From IMG/VR virus record IMGVR_UViG_3300020030_000290, positions 1-5,083 of that record: 5,083 nucleotides of DNA. One strand, given 5' to 3'. Below are positions 1 to 4,674 of this stretch, piece by piece. The translations under genes were made by a program, and so were the position numbers. The notes below the pieces were generated by a model. That model ran no database searches. It was not told the DNA's origin and saw only the letters and a program-made list of their open reading frames with translations. Within the stretch, counting starts at the first letter, position 1, and each line of letters opens with the position of its first letter. This stretch comes from a virus.

Positions 1-94
1 GAAACAACAGCAGTAGCTTCAAGACGATACTTGCCAGGAGTAGAAGGAGTGTGCCAAGATGGATAGGAAACAAAAAGAATAAGAGAATCAGAAG
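1..94. repeat. Terminal direct repeat, left copy (circular-genome overlap)
   Basis: Read base by base: 1..94 (gaaacaacagcagtagcttc...aagagaatcagaag) is identical to 4990..5083. Confidence 0.95.
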
Positions 95-842
95 AGGCGT
101 TATAAAGGACGGACATACTACGAAGAGAAAAATTGAGAGTTTCATTCGCACTCGAATAATACTCATTAAACCCCATAATAACTTGGGAGAAAGATTCAAT
201 AGCCTGTGTTCCAGACTGATTAAGGTTAGAAGAAATATTAGGAAAACGAATACCAGTAGCAAGCGAACGAGAAGTACTAGGGCCGGAAGTCGTTTCAACA
301 GCAGACATAGTATCAACAGGATACAATATAACATCCTGCGACAAAGTCATAGCAGAGGAAGTATAGGAACGAGAAACAGAAAAACCGTACTCAGGATTAA
401 CTAAAAGAAACTCAAGGGTACCGGAAAGGTTTTCGCCGCTAGTATAAGAAGAGCCAGAAGTGCGACGCCATTCGACAACACGGGGGGAATCAACCTGAAT
501 ATAAGAGCGAGAACCAAGAGGAACAGGAGCACGCCACCAATCGGGATAATTTACAGGTAGAGACCACCAATCATAATAGCTATCGGAAACAGTAGATTGA
601 ATCGAAGAAGATTCCGTAATAAAGCGAGTACGATAAAGCTCACCATTGACATATGGAGAGACATGAAAGTAAGTAGACTGTGTTCCAGATTCATTTGCAA
701 GCTGTTTCTGCTCAGTAATGACCCATTTTTGAGTAGAAGCATTATTTGAAGCGAAACAAGGCAAACACAGAGACGCACAAAGCATCAGAGCCGAAACAAG
801 GGTGACGAATCGCTTCAACAAAAACCGAGGCTTTTTCTTCAA
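1..842 (-). CDS. N-terminal part of a 386-aa secreted, C-terminally membrane-anchored protein (candidate pIII-like adsorption / minor coat protein). The ORF wraps through the junction into 4671..4989.
   Basis: I checked the minus frame codon by codon: it is open from 854 to position 1, with an upstream in-frame TAG at 855..857. A TTG at 842..840 has AGGGGG 8 nt upstream. In-frame alternatives are GTG at 851 and ATG at 785. The N-terminus (M)KKKPRFLLKRFVTLVSALMLCASLCLPCFA/SNN looks like a classic signal peptide. The phase matches 4671..4967 (both have lowest codon coordinate = 0 mod 3, and 4989 is divisible by 3). Total length is 1,161 nt. The product is Ser/Thr/Trp-rich, and I recognise no family. 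Confidence 0.75.
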   Translation of the reverse strand, partial: MKKKPRFLLKRFVTLVSALMLCASLCLPCFASNNASTQKWVITEQKQLANESGTQSTYFHVSPYVNGELYRTRFITESSSIQSTVSDSYYDWWSLPVNYPDWWRAPVPLGSRSYIQVDSPRVVEWRRTSGSSYTSGENLSGTLEFLLVNPEYGFSVSRSYTSSAMTLSQDVILYPVDTMSAVETTSGPSTSRSLATGIRFPNISSNLNQSGTQAIESFSQVIMGFNEYYSSANETLNFSLRSMSVLYNASSDSLILFVSYPSWHTPSTPGKYRLEATAVV

Positions 843-901
843 TTCGCGCACCCCCTATCACGGCAAAAGAGGTATTCCTGTCGGAGATCAATAACAACAG
901 T

Positions 902-975
902 TGGTTGCGGGCGATAGATTTGAACTACCAAGTCAAGGCTCAGACCCTTGCGTGTTACCATTACACCAACCCGCC
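902..975 (-). tRNA. tRNA-like gene, anticodon CUG (Gln), with encoded CCA
   Basis: The minus strand reads GGCGGGT TG GTGT AATGGTA ACAC G CAAGG GTCTGAG CCTTG ACTT GGTAG TTCAAAT CTATC GCCCGCA A CCA. The cloverleaf has a 4-bp D stem, a 5-bp anticodon stem and a 5-bp T stem. U8, A14, G18G19, A21, U33, A37 and a TTCAAAT T-loop are present. The acceptor stem has 6 of 7 pairs, with G1 opposite A72 mismatched and a U7-G66 wobble. Oddities are G32 and G38, a 4-nt variable loop and A73. Confidence 0.8.
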
Positions 976-979
976 ATGC

Positions 980-999
980 GAGAGCGGCGAACCGCTCTC
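980..999 (-). other. Perfect 8-bp GC-rich hairpin with a UUCG tetraloop, 4 nt upstream of the tRNA 5' end
   Basis: The minus strand reads GAGAGCGG TTCG CCGCTCTC, then GCAT, then tRNA position 1. It lies 36 nt after the SSB stop codon. No U-tract follows, so it is not a canonical terminator. Confidence 0.6.
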
Positions 1000-1035
1000 C
1001 CATAGGAAATGAAACTTGGGTTTGAACAAAGGAAG

Positions 1036-1278
1036 TTAAACCTCCTCGATTCCGAGCAAATAGCCGTTGCGGTCAAAGTCGAGATCATACGTAGCGCCAA
1101 CTACAATGAGCGCATAAGGCATCATACCAGCACTGACATTGATTCTATCAACCTGCATACCGGAGCAATAAGTGTCTGGACGCATATCATATTCGACCAT
1201 CATGGTAGTAAAATCATAGTCTTTACCAGCCTTAGACGTACCGACACGGTGAGACTTACCAACTACAGAAACCTTCAT
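1036..1278 (-). CDS. Small ssDNA-binding protein, gene V protein (g5p)-like, 80 aa
   Basis: The ATG has AAAGGA 10 nt upstream. The gene sits immediately after rep, as in Ff phages. The size and beta-rich pattern (MKVSVVGKSHRVGTSKAGKDYDF...) resemble the Ff g5p N-terminal region (TTRSGVSRQGKPYSL). The assignment rests on position, size and pattern only. Confidence 0.55.
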   Translation of the reverse strand: MKVSVVGKSHRVGTSKAGKDYDFTTMMVEYDMRPDTYCSGMQVDRINVSAGMMPYALIVVGATYDLDFDRNGYLLGIEEV

Positions 1279-1296
1279 AAAATGACCATCCTTTCA

Positions 1297-2433
1297 TCAG
1301 AATAAAGTAATATCATCAAACCCGTCTTCACTAAAGGGAGAGGGGTCATCAGCAAGTTCACAAAATTCCTCAACAGCAATGCGAGAAGATTCCGAGAACT
1401 GCGCAACTTCCTGAATCAGCGCCAGAGGGGAAAACGGAAGACGTTCATCATAGAACTGCTCCCACTTGCAACAAGCGAGGAAAAGCAGGTCAGGACGATA
1501 AAGCAGGATATCAATAATCCGATGACCGAAGACGTTAGCAACATAGGACATTTTTTGCTCTTCGGTATGGATAAAAACGGAGAATTTACGAGCAAGGTCA
1601 TCACTAAGGGGATGCAATAAATCCTTACTAAAGGAAATGCGAAGGGCTTCGAGGTCAGTCACGAATTCCATATCTTCCCAGCCATCGGGAAGAAGAGTTT
1701 CATTTCCGTAACGATTCCAAGTTTTATGGAGATAGGCGAAAAGCTTCTCAGGGTCTTCATAATAAGACCAAAAAAGCGGAGAAGGGTCATAAACAGTACG
1801 ACCGGAAGAATTCACACGAGAAGTATATTTCAACTCCAACTCGTAGCGAATAATATAGGAATCATCGGGGCAGTAAAGAAGCTCACCAGAAGCCGCACAG
1901 AGCTTATTTTCAGGGTCTTGCAGGGACTTATTATAGATGCGGCAGAAGACCGCGGAAGACGTTCTACGACCAATATAGACGGTAGTGGCATCACCATAGC
2001 CATGATACATGAACTTGCGAACTTTACGGGCTTTTTCGGGATTATTCATCTCATCGACAGAAGCAGAAATAACACCCAAATAGAACTCGCGCCAACGTTG
2101 CCTTGTCATAACAACGTCAAAACAAAAGTCAAGCCGCGAAAAGTGACCGTATACGTGACCTTCCTGCATCAGTGACGCAAGTCGCGGCAAGGTGGAGCGG
2201 AAAAGCTCACAACCATGGCCAGACACTTGTAAGGAGTGCGGAGACTGTTTCGAGCCGTTGTTCGGCTTATAGAAAAGTCCAGCAGGGGAATTATAAGGGG
2301 AATTCTCACTTGCGTTGGAAAGCTGCGCAAAGTGCAAATCACACTGAGCAAGAGCATCTTCGATTTTAGGAATAGAAATTGAACCCTGCTCAAAAGCAAA
2401 CGTAGCATAGTCAAGTTTAACAACCGTTTTCAT
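1297..2433 (-). CDS. Rolling-circle replication initiator, Rep_trans (PF02486-like) family, 378 aa
   Basis: Recognisable motifs are KLDYATFAF, LQVSGHGCELF, SRLDFCFDV, VYIGRRTSSAVFCRIYNK and IIRYELELK. These match the conserved blocks of pT181 RepC / CTXphi RstA-type initiators as I recall them. I prefer the ATG at 2433, with AAGGTGG 9 nt upstream, over the track's GTG at 2475, which lies inside the predicted promoter. The gene ends in a tandem TGATGA stop. Confidence 0.75.
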   Translation of the reverse strand: MKTVVKLDYATFAFEQGSISIPKIEDALAQCDLHFAQLSNASENSPYNSPAGLFYKPNNGSKQSPHSLQVSGHGCELFRSTLPRLASLMQEGHVYGHFSRLDFCFDVVMTRQRWREFYLGVISASVDEMNNPEKARKVRKFMYHGYGDATTVYIGRRTSSAVFCRIYNKSLQDPENKLCAASGELLYCPDDSYIIRYELELKYTSRVNSSGRTVYDPSPLFWSYYEDPEKLFAYLHKTWNRYGNETLLPDGWEDMEFVTDLEALRISFSKDLLHPLSDDLARKFSVFIHTEEQKMSYVANVFGHRIIDILLYRPDLLFLACCKWEQFYDERLPFSPLALIQEVAQFSESSRIAVEEFCELADDPSPFSEDGFDDITLF

Positions 2434-2465
2434 GTGAGAAAACCACCTTTCATTTCCATGGCTAA

Positions 2466-2494
2466 ATGTTACCACAGTATAAATGAGTTGTCAA
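2466..2494 (-). promoter_or_regulatory. Sigma70-type promoter for rep (extended -10)
   Basis: The minus strand reads TTGACA (2494..2489), a 17-nt spacer ending in TGG, then TAACAT (2471..2466). This gives a consensus -35, a TGn extended -10 and a 4/6 -10, about 30 nt upstream of the rep ATG. Confidence 0.55.
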
Positions 2495-2510
2495 GAAGAA
2501 ATTTTAATTT

Positions 2511-2537
2511 CGTGGGCGTATTACACACACGCCCACG
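2511..2537. repeat. Inverted repeat with 9-bp arms (cgtgggcgt / acgcccacg) and a 9-nt loop
   Basis: Read directly from the sequence: arms at 2511..2519 and 2529..2537 are perfectly complementary. Confidence 0.8.
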
Positions 2538-2596
2538 CTCCCGCCGTCACGGCAACCACTACGTATCGGAAGCCCCTGCCAGCCTGTTTTGGAAGG

Positions 2597-2615
2597 GCGA
2601 GGGCTTTGCCCTCGC
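2597..2615. repeat. Inverted repeat with 8-bp arms (gcgagggc ttt gccctcgc)
   Basis: Read directly from the sequence: a perfect 8-bp GC-rich stem with a 3-nt loop. Confidence 0.8.
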
Positions 2616-2640
2616 GGGGACGGGGGACGCGGTGGAGACG
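2616..2640. repeat. Tandem heptamer GGGGACG x2 plus a degenerate third copy GGAGACG
   Basis: The copies are ggggacg at 2616..2622, ggggacg at 2623..2629 and ggagacg at 2634..2640. They directly abut the hairpin at 2597..2615. They are iteron-like, but their function is unknown. Confidence 0.6.
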
Positions 2641-2669
2641 CTATCGCGTGACTAAACGGGGCAACTGCC

Positions 2670-2683
2670 TGCGAAATTTCGCA
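2670..2683. repeat. 14-nt perfect palindrome tgcgaaatttcgca
   Basis: Read directly from the sequence. It has an AT-rich centre flanked by GC. Confidence 0.8.
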
Positions 2684-2687
2684 ACAG

Positions 2688-2728
2688 AAATAAAAACAAC
2701 CCCCCCTGACCCTAAAGGGCACGGGGGG
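2688..2728 (-). terminator. Intrinsic terminator after the Zot-like gene; appears bidirectional
   Basis: The minus strand reads CCCCCC GTGCCCTTTAGGGTCA GGGGGG followed by TTGTTTTTATTT, starting 6 nt after the TAA at 2735..2737. The plus strand shows the same stem followed by aagtttttattt. Confidence 0.65.
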
Positions 2729-2734
2729 AAGTTT

Positions 2735-3358
2735 TTATTTCGAGGGGGTCTTGCTGATAACCTGCTCTGTATCGTATTCTAAGGCGCTTACCTGCGTCAC
2801 GGACTTAGGGATGGTATACCATCTTGCCCTGCCCGCCTTACGCACTGTATTGACCAGCTCTTGCCCTCCCTCGGGGCGATGTTCCATGGCAATGCAAGAA
2901 CGATACGGAGTAAGGCGGCAGAACCAACCAACGCGGTTACAGAGATAAATGCGGTCACAGAGGTCACGAATCTTTTTATCAAAGTCCATGGTCTGAGAAG
3001 ATACAATAATTGTCAAATGATACTTGCGTTGCATTTTGAAGAACTCGACAGCTTCGCGGGGCATAGATTTAAAGTCACGGTTAGAGTGGAGAACACCAAT
3101 TTCATCAATGAGAATGAGGGAATCAGGAAGAAAGGTCTGTTTCCAGTATTCCGGCTCTAACTCATAACCAATACCCATATTACTATAGATAAGCCCCTTA
3201 TTAGCACGAAGCCACTTATCAGCAACACGAGACATATACAAAGATTTGCCAGAGCCTTTTGAACCAACGACAGCCTCAAGCTTGTAGGGGTTTTTGCAAT
3301 AGTTATCGATATAAACAAAAAGCCAGCAAATGCAAAAGATAAGAATACCATAAAGCAT
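2735..3358 (-). CDS. Zot / pI-like P-loop NTPase (filamentous-phage assembly ATPase), short form, 207 aa
   Basis: It has a Walker A motif GSKGSGKS (residues 32-39) and a Walker B-like LILIDE. A hydrophobic N-terminal segment reads GILIFCICWLFVYI. AAAGGA lies 9 nt upstream of the ATG. It is the last gene before the intergenic region, as gene I is in inoviruses that lack a secretin gene. Confidence 0.7.
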   Translation of the reverse strand: MLYGILIFCICWLFVYIDNYCKNPYKLEAVVGSKGSGKSLYMSRVADKWLRANKGLIYSNMGIGYELEPEYWKQTFLPDSLILIDEIGVLHSNRDFKSMPREAVEFFKMQRKYHLTIIVSSQTMDFDKKIRDLCDRIYLCNRVGWFCRLTPYRSCIAMEHRPEGGQELVNTVRKAGRARWYTIPKSVTQVSALEYDTEQVISKTPSK

Positions 3359-3381
3359 AACAAATAATCCTTTCTAAATGC

Positions 3382-3420
3382 GAAAACGTCGCCGACCCCA
3401 AAATGGTCGGCGGCGTTTTC
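3382..3420 (-). terminator. Intrinsic terminator-like hairpin between the coat-like ORF and the Zot-like gene
   Basis: The minus strand reads GAAAACGCCGCCGACC (7-nt loop) GGTCGGCGACGTTTTC GCATTT. The arms are 16 nt with one C-A mismatch, and the 3' side is U-rich. The position parallels the terminator after gene VIII in Ff phages. Confidence 0.55.
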
Positions 3421-3429
3421 TCTCAGTCG

Positions 3430-3558
3430 TTAGGAGCGGCCGGGAATCCAACGGCGGAGGATACGGAGAACGATGCCCGCGATAGTAAGAATCACGAAGA
3501 CAAGGAGAATGGGCTGAGACTCATAGAAATCAATGAGCTGACCCATCCAAGTAATCAT
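3430..3558 (-). CDS. Small coat-like protein, 42 aa from ATG 3558 (46-50 aa if started upstream), candidate major coat protein
   Basis: The protein reads MITWMGQLIDFYESQPILLVFVILTIAGIVLRILRRWIPGRS. It has an acidic N-terminal part, one TM helix and a basic C-terminus, which is the standard major-coat layout. It is followed by a terminator. The start is uncertain: the frame is open up to 3624, there is a TTG at 3582, and no start has a good SD. It falls below the ORF-track size cutoff. Confidence 0.5.
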   Translation of the reverse strand: MITWMGQLIDFYESQPILLVFVILTIAGIVLRILRRWIPGRS

Positions 3559-3657
3559 CGAAGTGAAGAACTCACCAACCAAGGAAAGCAGCGTTGCGAG
3601 AATAGAAGTAGAAGCGCCCTGAAGTCATCATCCTTTCATAAATATTTATGGCACCTG

Positions 3658-3771
3658 TCACGGACGGAACAGGAGAACCAACATAGAAACAACAGCCGCG
3701 AAGACAATGAAATAGCCAATCTCAGGAACAGAGAAGATGCCGAAGCAATACTGCAAAGGTAAAAAAACCAT
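3658..3771 (-). CDS. 37-aa hydrophobic protein (pVII/pIX-like minor virion or assembly protein candidate)
   Basis: The protein reads MVFLPLQYCFGIFSVPEIGYFIVFAAVVSMLVLLFRP. Its ATG (3771..3769) shares one base with the TGA of the upstream 204-aa ORF (TGATG). It has a single TM segment. Confidence 0.45.
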   Translation of the reverse strand: MVFLPLQYCFGIFSVPEIGYFIVFAAVVSMLVLLFRP

Positions 3772-4385
3772 CAGCTCATGCGCCCCCAAATCGCATTTTT
3801 AATCCATGTAACAGTAGTGATAAAGACAAGGACAACAAGGAGAGCAGAAACGCAAGCTTGCGGGTTGAGAACCTGAGACGTGATAGTGGAATCTTCCTCA
3901 TAAGGTAACTGAATGAGTTGAGATGAACTGTTATAGGAGTATCTTTCAGACGTATAGCCGGATTTATGAACCGTCTCAGTGCGTTCAACGAAAAACGTAT
4001 CGCCGAACCAATCCATAATGTTAGTGAAAGAATTACTAACATCAGGGAGATTTGCATACAAAGCCGGAGTATCTGCGGCGCGGTCATCATAAGCAGTCAA
4101 ACTCCCCTCAAAAGGTAATTCTTCATCCGGCGGCACATAACCGTCACGGAGGTCTGGAGATTCAGTAATATTCTGCGCGGGTTGCTCAGAAGCAGGAGAA
4201 GCTTCCGAGGAGAATTCAGCAAAGGCTTTAGAGTCCATATCGGCGACAGCCTGCGCGGATGCCTTGAGATAATCATACTGCTGAACAGTCAGGTCACAAG
4301 AACTACCGTCTTTATACTGCACTGTATAGACAGTCACACCGTCAGAATCAACCCAAGTTTTAATAATAGTAGGGACTTCCATCAT
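3771..4385 (-). CDS. 204-aa protein with a C-terminal TM anchor and no N-terminal signal peptide; unknown function (minor coat / receptor-binding candidate)
   Basis: It is a long ORF in the coding strand's codon style. Its ATG overlaps the upstream stop (ATGA). It has an acidic, Ser/Pro-rich middle and the C-terminal hydrophobic segment ACVSALLVVLVFITTVTWIKNAIW. Confidence 0.7.
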   Translation of the reverse strand: MMEVPTIIKTWVDSDGVTVYTVQYKDGSSCDLTVQQYDYLKASAQAVADMDSKAFAEFSSEASPASEQPAQNITESPDLRDGYVPPDEELPFEGSLTAYDDRAADTPALYANLPDVSNSFTNIMDWFGDTFFVERTETVHKSGYTSERYSYNSSSQLIQLPYEEDSTITSQVLNPQACVSALLVVLVFITTVTWIKNAIWGRMS

Positions 4386-4549
4386 TTTTCACCCCCATCC
4401 CAAAGACCACGGAGAACAAAGCCAACGAGCGAAAGCAAGAGACAAACAAGAACGAAATTACCAAAGGAACCGAAACCGAAAAACGAAAGATTCAAGACAT
4501 TCGCGATAAACGATGTTAAAGAACCGAGAGCAGAAACAAAGTCTACCAT
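4382..4549 (-). CDS. 55-aa hydrophobic membrane protein
   Basis: The protein reads MVDFVSALGSLTSFIANVLNLSFFGFGSFGNFVLVCLLLSLVGFVLRGLWDGGEK. Its ATG lies within the end of the upstream ORF (CCATGGTAG), and its TGA overlaps the next ATG. It has two hydrophobic stretches. Confidence 0.5.
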   Translation of the reverse strand: MVDFVSALGSLTSFIANVLNLSFFGFGSFGNFVLVCLLLSLVGFVLRGLWDGGEK

Positions 4550-4674
4550 GGCAACCAATCCTTTACGAATTTATAAATACCGAGGGCAACGAGGAAAACG
4601 ACAACGGCAATCACGAGCGCCCCACCGCTACCGAGAAAGCCGAAGACCTGTTTGAAGAAGTCGATAAAAGTCAT
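4543..4674 (-). CDS. 43-aa single-TM protein, alternative major coat candidate
   Basis: The protein reads MTFIDFFKQVFGFLGSGGALVIAVVVFLVALGIYKFVKDWLPW. Its ATG overlaps the TGA of the 386-aa ORF (ATGA), and GAAAGG lies upstream. The C-terminal ALGIYKFVK resembles Ff pVIII TIGIKLFKKF. Confidence 0.55.
   Translation of the reverse strand: MTFIDFFKQVFGFLGSGGALVIAVVVFLVALGIYKFVKDWLPW

Larger units (their letters stand above)
2495..2687. promoter_or_regulatory. GC-rich, hairpin-dense intergenic region: candidate plus/minus-strand origin and/or packaging signal
   Basis: It is the only large non-coding block and lies between the last morphogenesis gene and rep. My hand count gives about 69% GC over 2531..2650, against a visibly lower GC elsewhere. 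It contains several perfect inverted repeats and a tandem heptamer. ORFs called here are Pro/Arg/Gly-rich compositional artefacts. Confidence 0.5.

Noticed and set aside
1-94. The 94-nt terminal repeat as att sites, an LTR or a biological direct terminal repeat
   Set aside because: The repeat lies entirely inside a coding frame that is only complete when the ends are joined. The simplest reading is a circular contig printed with an overlap.
51-404. Plus-strand ORFs in the track (51..404, 1009..1305, 1726..2175, 2172..2369, 2751..2948, 2861..3160, 3403..3762, 4182..4655, 4513..4764, 4774..4989)
   Set aside because: All lie antisense to longer minus-strand genes that have recognisable motifs. 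Their products are low-complexity and Arg/Lys/Asn/Ser-rich, as expected from translating the purine-rich antisense strand. None has a convincing SD or fits the operon layout.
551-778. Minus-strand nested ORFs in alternative frames (551..778, 1416..1604, 2169..2423, 2797..3006, 3157..3363, 3776..4090, 4736..5062)
   Set aside because: They lie wholly inside larger ORFs on the same strand. Their Leu/Phe/Ser-rich products are what T-rich off-frame translation gives. None has an independent start signal.
842-852. GGTGCGCGAAT on the minus strand, resembling the XerC arm of E. coli dif (GGTGCGCATAA)
   Set aside because: No XerD-arm-like sequence (TTATGTTAAAT) follows at the right spacing, and there is no dyad symmetry. 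The segment doubles as the SD and start region of the 386-aa ORF. A partial match of this length is easily due to chance.
2434-2475. GTG start at 2475 for Rep, as given in the ORF track (392 aa)
   Set aside because: It lies inside the predicted promoter (between the -35 and -10 elements) and has no SD. The ATG at 2433 has AAGGTGG at proper spacing, and the conserved KLDYATFAF block starts right after it.
2434-2782. ORFs across the intergenic region (2434..2655 +, 2483..2782 +, 2504..2722 -)
   Set aside because: Their Pro/Arg/Gly-rich translations are driven by the GC-rich hairpin region. They run through the promoter, inverted repeats and terminator, and their codon style differs from the real genes.
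3628-3639. Mini-ORF ATG AAA GGA TGA (MKG stop) and the 19-aa ORF at 3572..3631 as genuine genes
   Set aside because: They are too short, featureless and poorly spaced from any SD to call as genes. I kept them only as context for the uncertain coat-gene start.
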